Of a stretch of 64,000 bases of DNA, positions 1-9,692 are shown one piece after another (within the stretch, counting starts at the first letter, position 1; every line of letters starts with the position of its first letter). Source of the DNA: an uncultured archaeon (lineage in GTDB: Archaea; Asgardarchaeota; Lokiarchaeia; Sigyniarchaeales; SOKP01). Position numbers and translations under genes: made by a program. Location: assembly GCA_964409945.1 (NCBI GenBank), contig CAYPFJ010000013.1:1996-65995 (forward strand), written 5' to 3'. Below the pieces are notes generated by a model. That model had not been told where the DNA came from. It searched no databases and saw only the letters and a program-made list of their open reading frames with translations.

Positions 1-1807
1 GCATTATTGCAGTATGTCGATGGTCAACTGGATACCAATATTGGAACTCCTCCTGCATCTCTTTAAGGATTTTCTCTTCAATATTGATTTTTTTTGATAG
101 TGCAGTCATATCTCCTTTCTCTAAGAATACAAAATTAAAAAATTCTGGAATTAATTGTTTGGGTTTAATTTGATATTTTCTTATTTTATATGAAATTGTA
201 TAAAATGCCATATATATTGTCGAATCGGATAGAGATTCTATTATCCACTCCTTATTGAATGGCAATTTTGTCCCAATACCCCTCTTTCTTGCGCAGGGTC
301 TTTTTTCAAGCCAATTAAAAACATTTTCAAAATTTAATCGATATTTATGAGGAATAATTTTCATGTTATTAAGGCACTTAAATGCTTTTTTCTTCCATTC
401 TCCTGCATTAAAATTCAGAAACCACTGATCTTTTAAAATGGAGACTATAATGTTTGCTCCACATTTGCATTTAAGATTTTTAGTAACTGGAATAAATAAT
501 TTATCCGCTCTATTCTCTTCGATTAAATCTTCTACAACTTGTTTGGCAGCTTCACTAACCTTCATTCCCTGGTATTTACCACATTTATCATTAAGAAATC
601 CATTATAAAATTCAGCTTTATAATTTTCACTTGTTGCTAAATCTAGTTTTTCTTTGTCTATTTGAGATTCAACATTATATTTCTCACAATATATTTTTGC
701 GGGAAAATCTTTGAACCCTTTTAATTCAATAATTTGAATTGGATAAATTAATTCGGTTTCTCTTTTATCTAAATTAAATTCTTCAATTAAATCTGTATCT
801 TTTTGTAAATCAATTAAAGCTATATAATCATAAGGAGCGTGGGCTGGAACTGAATAAACCACACCGGTAGCTGTAGCTGTATCAACAAAATCTCCGGGTA
901 AAATTGGAATTTCTTTAATTCCATAAACATCTCTAGCCTTTTTTCCAATGATTTTACTTCCTTTAAACTTTTTTAATAATTCAATCTCTTTGTTTTGACT
1001 TTTTAATATATGGGTTGCTTCCTCGGAGATAAACCATATCTCCTCATTTATAGATGCCTTAATATAATCTCCATTGGGTTTTATCCATATATTTGTAACT
1101 CCATAGATTGTTTCTGGTCTTAGTGTAGAAGCCACGAGAAAACCATCTTCAAAAGGAAATTTTATACAAATAAATTCATTAATATTAAGGTCTAACTCAT
1201 CCCCATTAGCAATATCGTCCTCGCCTACAGCGTTCTTATCTCGTGGGCAATATAAAATTGGATATTCACCTTTTTCAATATATCCCTTTTCATTTAAATG
1301 ATAATATTGCCATTCGATGAATTTATTATAGATTTTATCTCCAGTTGTAAATTCTCTTCTCCAGTCCAAACTCATACCAATTGATTTAAAATCCATTTTA
1401 ATAGTATTAGAAAAGTATTTTACAATATTCCAAGGATCTACAAAACTATTAACGATTTCATCTACTTTTTTCTGATCTTTAGTATGTAATAATACGTATT
1501 CTTTCATCCTTGTTATTTGTATTTGAACCCCTCTTTCTATAGAAGAAGAAATTGCTAAAACTGGAGTACCAGTTATATGAAATGCCATAGGATATAACAC
1601 ATTATATCCTTTCGCCCGATAATATCTTGCAAATATATCTCCGTTAATAAAACTTCTCCCATGCCCTATATGAGTAGGACCTGAGGCATATGGATAAGGA
1701 GAGGTAATAAAAATTTTCTTTCGTTTCTTATCTGGATTTGCTTCGAATATTTTTGCTTGCTCCCATCTATCTTGCCATTTCTTTTCAATTTCTAGTGGAA
1801 TATACAT
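1..1807 (-). CDS. leuS: Leucyl-tRNA synthetase, N-terminal ~600 codons (partial; C-terminus lies beyond the window start)
   Basis: The minus-strand frame is open from the ATG at 1807 to the window edge, which is why it is absent from the ORF track. My translation reads MYIPLEIEKKWQDRWEQAKIFEANPDKKRKKIFITSPYPYASGPTHIGHGRSF (class I HIGH motif) ... WYPVDHRHTAIM. This layout is typical of archaeal/eukaryal-type LeuRS. Confidence 0.9.
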   Translation of the reverse strand, partial: MYIPLEIEKKWQDRWEQAKIFEANPDKKRKKIFITSPYPYASGPTHIGHGRSFINGDIFARYYRAKGYNVLYPMAFHITGTPVLAISSSIERGVQIQITRMKEYVLLHTKDQKKVDEIVNSFVDPWNIVKYFSNTIKMDFKSIGMSLDWRREFTTGDKIYNKFIEWQYYHLNEKGYIEKGEYPILYCPRDKNAVGEDDIANGDELDLNINEFICIKFPFEDGFLVASTLRPETIYGVTNIWIKPNGDYIKASINEEIWFISEEATHILKSQNKEIELLKKFKGSKIIGKKARDVYGIKEIPILPGDFVDTATATGVVYSVPAHAPYDYIALIDLQKDTDLIEEFNLDKRETELIYPIQIIELKGFKDFPAKIYCEKYNVESQIDKEKLDLATSENYKAEFYNGFLNDKCGKYQGMKVSEAAKQVVEDLIEENRADKLFIPVTKNLKCKCGANIIVSILKDQWFLNFNAGEWKKKAFKCLNNMKIIPHKYRLNFENVFNWLEKRPCARKRGIGTKLPFNKEWIIESLSDSTIYMAFYTISYKIRKYQIKPKQLIPEFFNFVFLEKGDMTALSKKINIEEKILKEMQEEFQYWYPVDHRHTAIM

Positions 1808-2337
1808 TTCTTTTAACACATTCGTGGTTTTTTCTGCTTTACTTCAAGTTAAATTCTTATTTGAGTGAAAAACCACTCATGATCTTTTTCAGTTAAATTT
1901 ACCAACCAAGCGAACAAATCCGTGGAAAAAGTAAAAGAAAAAGAGCATGAGGATTTGATTCGCTCAAGATAATAATAAAACTGCGAGTAAATCGACTAAT
2001 GATATTTTTTCTATTAAATTCATCTTCAACGCAGTCTTATTTGAAATCATTCTTATAAAGAGTATATACTTTTTTATATTAAAATATTTGCAAGTCCTGA
2101 AATCATAGTTTATTAATCTAAATTAGACGAAGATAGATATTGCATTTAATTCTAATGCAATAACTCGTTTTTAGAAAATAATGTAAATTGTTAAATTTAT
2201 AAAGGTTCCACTTTTTATTTTACTCTTCCATGAATTACACAAAATAAAGAGTAAATAGTCTTTCTTCAGAAAAATAATACAAATCTAAAATTCATAACTA
2301 CATAATCCTTTTTAATAAAATTCAAATTTTATTACCT

Positions 2338-2958
2338 ATGTCAATAACGAAAAAAAATGCTGAAATCAAAGCAGAAAATATTGTAAGGAGAGTATTAGAA
2401 GAAAAAAATTATCTTTCTAAAGTGTTAAAAGGAATTCTGGCTAAAGAAGATTCAGTGAGATATCCAAATGCGATCGCTTTAGAAATTCTAAGCAAGGAGA
2501 ATCCTAAAATTATTTATCCTGAATGGAATTTTTTTGTTGATTTACTCAAAAGCAAAAATGCTTATCAAAAATCGATTGCAATCTCTACAATTTCAAATTT
2601 AACTACAATAGATGAAAAAAATAGATTTGAAGAAATTTTTGAAGATTTTTTTAAGCTTATTGATGATAAAAGTGTTATTGTTTCTAGAAAGTTAGCAATT
2701 TATGCAGGGAGAATTGCTACTGCTAAACTCTCATTAAAATCTAAAATAACAGCAGTTTTGCTAAGTATTGATGATACTCAACATAGCCCAAGTCGCAAAG
2801 ACTTAATAAAAGGAGACATTATTGAAAGTTTTAGTGAATATTTTGAAGATATAAAGGATAAAAACACAATTATCGAATTTGTCAAAAAACAATTAGTTAG
2901 TAGTAGTCCAAGTACAGTGAAGAAAGCTAAAGAATTTCTCTTAAAATGGGAAAAATAA
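2338..2958 (+). CDS. Hypothetical protein, probably all-helical (HEAT/ARM-like guess only)
   Basis: 206-aa ORF with clean coding periodicity and a TAA stop. I recognise no diagnostic motif. Confidence 0.5.
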   Translation: MSITKKNAEIKAENIVRRVLEEKNYLSKVLKGILAKEDSVRYPNAIALEILSKENPKIIYPEWNFFVDLLKSKNAYQKSIAISTISNLTTIDEKNRFEEIFEDFFKLIDDKSVIVSRKLAIYAGRIATAKLSLKSKITAVLLSIDDTQHSPSRKDLIKGDIIESFSEYFEDIKDKNTIIEFVKKQLVSSSPSTVKKAKEFLLKWEK

Positions 2959-3066
2959 ATTAACTATTACCTTACTACTCAAAATTTCTATTTAAAAGTA
3001 TTAAAACTTTTAATCTTTCTGTTTATTATATAGATTTAAATCAAAATAAAATAATTGTGAATTTAT

Positions 3067-4521
3067 ATGGTTGAATTTAACCCAAAAGTGTTAAGTAAAG
3101 AGGAATTAAGTGCTATCTCAGGTGGAGTAAATGAAGAAGAATTATTATTATTTGATAAACATTTATTAGACAATTATTATGATAATAATGTGTTCATTGA
3201 AGCTAAAGAACCAGGGTCCCCTTGGGTTGTTGTAAAGGACTTTAAAACGGGAGAACAATCTGAAAAGTTTGATTGCACTGCTCAATATTGGTCATTAGCA
3301 TTAGGATTTGCTCATCCCGATGTAAATTATGCTGTGGCAGAACAAATGAAAAGATTTACTCATATTAAATCGGAAGGTGTATTTCCCTCCCGTGCTAAGT
3401 TTATCAATAAATTATCTGAATTATGTCCTGGTAGATTGAAAGGAGGAAGAGTTAAAATAAATAATGAAGGTGGGAGTTTAGCAGTTGAAGCAGCTGTAAA
3501 ATTCGCTTTAGTGGCATCTAAAGGTGGAGATCATTTCCTAACCTTCCGAGGTGGCTACCACGGAAATACCTTAGCTATGATAACAGCATCTCAACCTTTC
3601 CATACAATAACAAGATTTAGACCATTTGGCGTCGATTTTTTTACGCGAGTTCCACAACCTTATTGTTATCGATGTTTATGGAATTATAAAAATGGATTAT
3701 ATGGTAAACAAGATCCTAAATGTAATTTAGAGTGCTTTAATTTAGTTAAAGAATATTTAATGGGTCTAACTTCAAGAAAATTAGCAGGAGTTATATTGGA
3801 ACCTTGGCAGGCAGCAGGAGGTCATGTCCCATTTCCACCAGATTTTCTTGTTAAATTAAGAGAAGTTTGTGAACAAGAAAAGATCTTCATAATATATGAT
3901 GAATCGCAAACAGGTGTGTACAGGACAGGGAAATATTTTACTTTAACAGAAAAATATGAAAAGGAACTCGGAATTGATGTATCCCCTGATATGATGTGCT
4001 TCACAAAAGCTATTGGAGGAGGTTTTCCTTTAGGAGCTATGATTGTCTCAAATAAAATAAAAAAACGATTTGGCCCAACAGAAGATCATACTACATTTTG
4101 TAATACGCCAATAGGTTGTACAGCGGGTCTTGCTGCTATCATGGTTATTGAAAGAGCAAAGATTGGAGAGAATTGTGAAGAAAGAGGGAAGCAAATCACT
4201 AAACAATTAAAAGAACTTCAAGAGAAATATGATGTAATGGGTGATATTCGTGGTCCAGGATTATTCATAGGAATTGAGTTGGTTAAAGATCAAAAATCAA
4301 GAGAACCTTTTACAGAGCTGATGGAAGATATGCTTCATGAGGGTGTAAGACAAAATATACTTTTTGGACCAAGTATGCCCTATTTAAGTGGAACAGGAAA
4401 GTTGTTAAAGAGAAATTTAATAAAAATAAAGCCTCCACTCAATATTACTGAAGAAGATGCTGATTTTATCTGTGCTAAATTTGAAAGTGTACTAAAAACA
4501 TCAATTAACAATCTAAAGTAG
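3067..4521 (+). CDS. Class III PLP-dependent aminotransferase (acetylornithine/GABA aminotransferase family) with an unusual N-terminal extension
   Basis: Family-typical segments are YWSLALGFAHPDV, FRGGYHGNT and DESQTG, with the PLP-lysine context CFTKAIGGGFPLGA. The first ~22 aa are extra and contain VLSKEELSAISGG. Confidence 0.85.
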   Translation: MVEFNPKVLSKEELSAISGGVNEEELLLFDKHLLDNYYDNNVFIEAKEPGSPWVVVKDFKTGEQSEKFDCTAQYWSLALGFAHPDVNYAVAEQMKRFTHIKSEGVFPSRAKFINKLSELCPGRLKGGRVKINNEGGSLAVEAAVKFALVASKGGDHFLTFRGGYHGNTLAMITASQPFHTITRFRPFGVDFFTRVPQPYCYRCLWNYKNGLYGKQDPKCNLECFNLVKEYLMGLTSRKLAGVILEPWQAAGGHVPFPPDFLVKLREVCEQEKIFIIYDESQTGVYRTGKYFTLTEKYEKELGIDVSPDMMCFTKAIGGGFPLGAMIVSNKIKKRFGPTEDHTTFCNTPIGCTAGLAAIMVIERAKIGENCEERGKQITKQLKELQEKYDVMGDIRGPGLFIGIELVKDQKSREPFTELMEDMLHEGVRQNILFGPSMPYLSGTGKLLKRNLIKIKPPLNITEEDADFICAKFESVLKTSINNLK

Positions 4522-4528
4522 TTTTAAT

Positions 4529-5773
4529 ATGAATTCTCGAGAACGTGTACTCGCAAGTATAAACCATAAAGAACCTGACAGAGTACCGATTGATCTTGGC
4601 GCTTTACCAGTAACAGGAATTTCGGCAATTGCATATCATAACTTAAAGCATTATCTGGGAATGAACTCAGGGCATATTAGGGTTTATGATCTGATGCAAC
4701 AATTGGCTGTTCCCGAGAAAAATGTACTCGATTTATTTAAAGTAGACATTTTAGATGTTGGAAGTACTTTTAACACTAAAGATGAGGATTGGTGTGACAT
4801 ATATATAAATGGATATAATCTACAGTTCCCAAATTGGTTTCAACCAAGGCATAATCCTGACGATTCCTACGATGTTCTCCACCGTGATGGTACAGTAATT
4901 GCTAGGATGACGAAGGATGCATTAGTTTTTGATCAAACTTATTATCCATGTTTAGAAAATTATCCTGAAACATACAGTGAATTTCAAAAAATGGCTTCGA
5001 AAAATCCTTGGGTGGCTCAGGTAACACCTCCATTTAGTAATATTGGTCAAAAGAAATTTTGGAAAACTTTAAGAAAAAATGCTATTACGTTAAAAGAAGA
5101 ATCAAATAAAGTAATTGCACTCAATTTAGGCAGTACATCATTTGAATTAGCGAGCTCATTTAGAAGACTGGATAGATTTTTAATTGATTTAGTAAGAAAT
5201 ACGTCTAAAGTTGAAAAGTTTCTTGATTTTATATTGGAGTTCTTTTTTAACTCACTCAATGTAATATGTGGTTATGTGGGAGATATAATAGATATAATAA
5301 AAATTGGTGATGATCTTGGCGAAAACAAGGGTCCTTTTATTAGTCCCAAGATTTTTCGAGAAATTTTCAAACCCAGAATTACAGAGATTTGCGATTTTAT
5401 TAAGAAAAAAAGTACAATGAAAATTTTCTATCATTCCTGTGGCTCTATTGTACCTTTAATACCAGATTTAATCGACACAGGGATAGATATTCTCAATCCT
5501 GTACAAATTAACGCAAGAGATATGGCACCCAAATTTCTAAAGGAAAATTTTGGTGATGAAATTACATTTTGGGGTGGTGGTGCTGATACGCGTAATGTTA
5601 TCAATAGAAAAAGTCCCGAAGAAGTTAAAAAGCATGTATTAGAATTGCTTGAAATTTTCTTTCCTGGAGGAGGATATGTCTGGAATACAGTTCATAATAT
5701 TCTACCAGATGTACCACCACAAAACATAGTTGCCATGTTTGAAGCTATTGAGGATTTTAATGATAACCTCTAA
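4529..5773 (+). CDS. Uroporphyrinogen-decarboxylase (URO-D) family protein, MtaA/CmuA-like methyltransferase type
   Basis: N-terminus is RERVLASINHKEPDRVPIDLG and the C-terminal half has FYHSCGSIVPLIPDLIDTGIDILNPVQ, both typical of the URO-D fold family. It starts 7 nt after the aminotransferase stop, so it is probably co-transcribed. Confidence 0.75.
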   Translation: MNSRERVLASINHKEPDRVPIDLGALPVTGISAIAYHNLKHYLGMNSGHIRVYDLMQQLAVPEKNVLDLFKVDILDVGSTFNTKDEDWCDIYINGYNLQFPNWFQPRHNPDDSYDVLHRDGTVIARMTKDALVFDQTYYPCLENYPETYSEFQKMASKNPWVAQVTPPFSNIGQKKFWKTLRKNAITLKEESNKVIALNLGSTSFELASSFRRLDRFLIDLVRNTSKVEKFLDFILEFFFNSLNVICGYVGDIIDIIKIGDDLGENKGPFISPKIFREIFKPRITEICDFIKKKSTMKIFYHSCGSIVPLIPDLIDTGIDILNPVQINARDMAPKFLKENFGDEITFWGGGADTRNVINRKSPEEVKKHVLELLEIFFPGGGYVWNTVHNILPDVPPQNIVAMFEAIEDFNDNL

Positions 5774-5779
5774 AAATTT

Positions 5780-6739
5780 CTAATAGTTTTCTTCTACAAT
5801 AATACTTAAATTTTGAGTTGATTTTGGTTTAAAAGAAAATTCATTTTTATTATAAGGGATAATCTTTATTAAAGGCAAGAAATTCGCTAAATAGAGAGAA
5901 ATTCCTCTAATTTCTTTATCATTAAGAAAAAACTTAATAGAGTCAAACTTAAAAAATCCAAACTGACCATTTATTTCATGTAAAGTTCCAATCTTGTTAA
6001 TTCCTAAATATACTGGTGGAAAAATGTCGGAATTATATTCTTGTCGGAAAATGACGGTTCCAAGCTTGTAGTGAGGAATTCCACCATCTAAAATACAATT
6101 TAAATTATTTACTCTTGCTTTAACTCCATATATTGGAATTATTTTATGATAGAAGTGTTTCGGTAAACTTGCAAGAATTATTTCAGGATACACAGAATGA
6201 ATCTCGAGGGGAATTTGTGTTGTATCTATGGCTTTAAAGAATTCTTTTGAAATCCCCTCTTTTTCAACTGCTAATAAAAAGTTTTTTCCCCCCCTAGCGC
6301 GAATAGTATCATTGATGGTCCTAATCTCCAGATGTATGTGAGGACTTGACCAATAAGCAAAATAACCATTTCTAATTGTTTTTCCTAATGAATCTCCTAC
6401 GCTAATCTGATCCCCTAATTTAACATCTGGTTTAACATGCATTAATTTCCATAATAATTCAGAATTAGAAGGATTACTAATTAATATTAGATAATCTTTA
6501 TCAATTCCATCTAAAAATTTAGGTTTTGGTGCTGCTAAGGTTTTAACTTTTAATATTTTTCCTGATATGGGGCTAAATACTTCATAATTATCTATAGTCA
6601 GATTTTGGTAGATATCAATCGCAAGTCCATGTTGATGCGCATAATAGGGAGAAGTCCCAATACTAAAATGACTAGTGTTTTGTATTGATACACATATGTT
6701 ATCCATATTGACGATTTCATAAAATTCAGATTTAGTCAC
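5780..6739 (-). CDS. M23/LytM-like metallopeptidase domain protein (tentative) with an uncharacterised C-terminal half
   Basis: HQHGLAIDIY, SPISGKILKV, VKLGDQISVGDSLGKT and SSPHIHLEIR resemble the M23 H-x-x-x-D, beta-hairpin and HxH motifs. The spacing of the first motif is atypical. Confidence 0.5.
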   Translation of the reverse strand: MTKSEFYEIVNMDNICVSIQNTSHFSIGTSPYYAHQHGLAIDIYQNLTIDNYEVFSPISGKILKVKTLAAPKPKFLDGIDKDYLILISNPSNSELLWKLMHVKPDVKLGDQISVGDSLGKTIRNGYFAYWSSPHIHLEIRTINDTIRARGGKNFLLAVEKEGISKEFFKAIDTTQIPLEIHSVYPEIILASLPKHFYHKIIPIYGVKARVNNLNCILDGGIPHYKLGTVIFRQEYNSDIFPPVYLGINKIGTLHEINGQFGFFKFDSIKFFLNDKEIRGISLYLANFLPLIKIIPYNKNEFSFKPKSTQNLSIIVEENY

Positions 6740-7044
6740 AATAAAATTGATAGTATTTTCAGATTAAATTAACTTTTGTTGGTTTAATACAACTTTTTAT
6801 TTCTCATTAATCTATTAAAATGATGGTCAATTTTACTAATGGTATCAATATTGAATCTCATTCCTAATAATAAACTCATGTTTAATAATTACTTAATCGA
6901 TAAAAGAAGTAAAAATTTAATGAATAAAATTCTCCAGAAGTCCCAAAAAAGTCAAAATTTATTATTATTGGTTTCTTTTTTTTTAACAGCTCTTTAGAAA
7001 TAAAGAACATAAAATTTTAAAATTTTAGTTGAAGTTGAAACAAT

Positions 7045-7305
7045 TTGGTAAAAGGAACTGTAAAATGGTTTAACAGCCGTAAAGGCTTCGGATTTATAAA
7101 TTCTGACGAAGGAAGTGATGTTTTTGTTCATTATACCGCGTTATCTGGTAGAGATGACGAATACAAGACTTTAAACGAAAACGATAAGGTTGAGTTTGAT
7201 GTTGTCGAAGGTCAAAAAGGACCCCAAGCCAGCAACGTTGTAGTGACTGAAAAGGCTCCTCCTAATCCATATAATAGAGGCGGCAGAAGGAATCTCCGTT
7301 TTTAA
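7045..7305 (+). CDS. csp: Cold-shock domain protein (CspA family), TTG start
   Basis: [17 protein letters not shown] (RNP1) and DVFVHY (RNP2). It is a close paralog of the gene at 11526. Confidence 0.85.
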   Translation: MVKGTVKWFNSRKGFGFINSDEGSDVFVHYTALSGRDDEYKTLNENDKVEFDVVEGQKGPQASNVVVTEKAPPNPYNRGGRRNLRF

Positions 7306-7404
7306 ATAAAAGGACTTTGTAAATCTACAAAAAGGAAAATATAATATAAGAAATAAATAATAATTAGTAAAAATCTGTTTTTGCGATTGTTATCGAATCT
7401 TATC

Positions 7405-7419
7405 TTTTTTTTTTTTTTT
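7405..7419 (+). terminator. Oligo-T tract (15 T) between the convergent csp and LRR genes; candidate archaeal intrinsic terminator
   Basis: Uninterrupted T15 about 100 nt downstream of the csp stop. Archaeal RNA polymerase terminates at oligo-T. Confidence 0.4.
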
Positions 7420-7456
7420 AATCTAAAATAATACAAATTGTAACATTTATATTAGT

Positions 7457-8905
7457 TCATTTCCATATATTTATATCCTTAACTTCCAAACCTTTAAGGA
7501 TGTTATTTATTGCGATGTCTTTTCTAATAGCTATTGGGGTATTTACGATGTATAAATCTGTGAGAGATTGAAGATCTAACAACTTTTCTGGGATTTTATT
7601 TACTGGATTATTATTTAACCATAAAACTTTTATAGATTTTAAATTGCAGATACTTTCGGGTATAATTTTAATTGTATTATTACTCAAATCCAAAATTTCA
7701 AGATTTTTAAATCCAGAAATAAGATCGGGAAATTCTTCCAATTGATTAAAACCTAACCCTAATACTCTTAATGAGTCCATTTGATTCATACATTTGGGTA
7801 AATCTCTTAGTTGATTACCCCATATTGAAAGAATCTCCAAATCTTTTAATTTGCAAATCGTTTCAGGTAAAATTTCAAGAAGATTGTGATTTAAATGCAA
7901 TTCTTTAAGATTAGTTAGTTCTCCAATCTCATTTGGGAGTTTAATTAAGTGGTTATCACTCAAATTTAATATCCTTAAAGTCTTTAAATTTCCTATTGAT
8001 TCAGGGAGAACTTTTAGTCTATTTTCAGTTATATGTAACTCTTCTAAAGACTCAAACTTTCCTATCGAAGAAGGTAATACTCTCAACCCACATCGATTAA
8101 GACCTAAAGCAAAAACCCTATGTTTTGCGCAGTAGAAACCCATATGAGTTTCCTTATTAATAATATCAACTGGTTTTAAACGATTAATTAAAAATGTCTT
8201 AGAATTTATTATATTAGTTTTAATGATGCTTAATAATGCTTCAATTTCAGTATCTTCAAGATTAGAACTTTGTTTCTTTTTAAATCTCTTTTTTATCTGC
8301 TCGAAAAGTATTTCCATCAACAATCCAAGTTCCTCTTTATTAAAATATTCAAGATAATTTTCTTGAATTAAATATTGAGCAACGTTAGTATAAAGATTCG
8401 TGAGTCTCTCAGCAATCTCATCTTTAAAAACTCGTCTTGCCCTAGGATCTCCCACATCAGTTAATTTTTTGAGAAGTGGAAAAGCTAAATTACTGTGGAG
8501 CAAACTAGTATCATAAAAATTTTCAGACCATGCTTGTAGGTTAGAGCAATGCCCCCAGAATTCGACTTCAGGGTCTAAATTATTAAATTTTATGTCATAT
8601 TCTAAAGAGTGATCAAGTTTTTCGCTTACATCATCGATTGACATGAAATCATTGAAATCCCTAATTCTATCTTTTGGAATCTCAATTAACAAATATTTAC
8701 ATTGGAGAAATTTCTCATTCTTAACATAAATTACTGTATTGCTTTGTTCAAGTTTTAATGTAATAAAGTCATTTATTTTATACTCAGGTCTTTCCTTTTT
8801 TTTTGGTTTAATATCTTCGATTGAGTATTTAATTTTTGTTCCGCATTTATGACAGTAATTATATGTAGTTTTATTCCTTGTTCCACATTTGGGGCAAAAA
8901 AGCAT
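7457..8905 (-). CDS. Zinc-ribbon + leucine-rich-repeat (LRR) protein
   Basis: N-terminus has CPKCGTRNKTTYNYCHKCG (CxxC...CxxC). The C-terminal ~230 aa consist of about ten ~23-aa LRRs such as LxxLPxSIGxLxxLxxLxLxxNxL (e.g. LKVLPESIGNLKTLRILNLSDNHLIKLPNEIGELTNLKELHLNHN). Confidence 0.85.
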   Translation of the reverse strand: MLFCPKCGTRNKTTYNYCHKCGTKIKYSIEDIKPKKKERPEYKINDFITLKLEQSNTVIYVKNEKFLQCKYLLIEIPKDRIRDFNDFMSIDDVSEKLDHSLEYDIKFNNLDPEVEFWGHCSNLQAWSENFYDTSLLHSNLAFPLLKKLTDVGDPRARRVFKDEIAERLTNLYTNVAQYLIQENYLEYFNKEELGLLMEILFEQIKKRFKKKQSSNLEDTEIEALLSIIKTNIINSKTFLINRLKPVDIINKETHMGFYCAKHRVFALGLNRCGLRVLPSSIGKFESLEELHITENRLKVLPESIGNLKTLRILNLSDNHLIKLPNEIGELTNLKELHLNHNLLEILPETICKLKDLEILSIWGNQLRDLPKCMNQMDSLRVLGLGFNQLEEFPDLISGFKNLEILDLSNNTIKIIPESICNLKSIKVLWLNNNPVNKIPEKLLDLQSLTDLYIVNTPIAIRKDIAINNILKGLEVKDINIWK

Positions 8906-9050
8906 CTTATTTTAATAAAAACTGTAATTAAGGTATAGGTCTTTTAGTTTATAATAGGCTAAGCTTTTTTATAATTATTCTCTGTAGAATATAATCAATT
9001 TTCTTCTAATTTTATGGATAATCTTATAAAAAGGATTATATCAACTAACT

Positions 9051-9464
9051 TTATTTACAATCATCGCATTCATAGTATATATCAATACGATGTCCTTTAG
9101 GTTTAATTCCTAGATCTGATATAATAGCACTCCATAATTTTTTAACATTTTCAGCTTTGTAATCCGAAATTTTTCCACACTTAGAACATACCATATTTAT
9201 GTGGAGTTCCATATCAGGATCATATCTTATATTACCCTCATTAAATCTCAATTTTTGTATTATTCCAAGCTTTTCTAATAAATCTAATGTCTTATAAATT
9301 GTTCCTAAGCTTATTGTAGGATAATCAATTTTTAATTCTTGGTAAATTTGATCAGCAGAAGGATGATCTTCTCTTGAAAATATGAATTTGCATATTGCTA
9401 AACGCTGAGCGGTAACTTTAAATTCATTTTCCCTAAAAAGATCAATTATTTCTTGATCATCCAT
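9051..9464 (-). CDS. fur: Fur-family metalloregulator (PerR-like by context)
   Basis: Winged-helix N-terminus (VTAQRLAICKFIF...HPSADQIY) followed by two CxxC pairs (CSKCGK, CDDCK). It is divergent from the catalase gene. Confidence 0.85.
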   Translation of the reverse strand: MDDQEIIDLFRENEFKVTAQRLAICKFIFSREDHPSADQIYQELKIDYPTISLGTIYKTLDLLEKLGIIQKLRFNEGNIRYDPDMELHINMVCSKCGKISDYKAENVKKLWSAIISDLGIKPKGHRIDIYYECDDCK

Positions 9465-9570
9465 TCACATCACTTTTATTTGAAACACATATAGATAAAA
9501 AGCCAAACTTATAAAATTGCTTTTATTATAAAAATATAATCTTTTTTAATAATAATTACTATTTAATATT

Positions 9571-9588
9571 TATTCCTAATTAGGAATA
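9571..9588. promoter_or_regulatory. Perfect 18-bp palindrome TATTCCTAATTAGGAATA in the fur/catalase divergent intergenic region; candidate Fur/PerR operator
   Basis: 9+9 perfect inverted repeat, AT-rich like Fur/Per boxes, located about 105 nt upstream of both divergent start codons. Confidence 0.45.
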
Positions 9589-9692
9589 TTTCTTAATTAA
9601 CTGTCTATATATGTTATAAGAAAACTGCTTAAATATAATCAAAAAAACGATTAAAATGAGATCTACACAAAAGTAAAAAAAGGTAAATAAAT

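Noticed and set aside
3822-5434. Track ORFs 3822..4004(-), 5047..5259(-) and 5252..5434(-), antisense to the aminotransferase and URO-D genes
   Set aside because: They lie entirely inside longer, motif-supported genes on the opposite strand. Their low-complexity translations are typical of antisense frames in AT-rich DNA.
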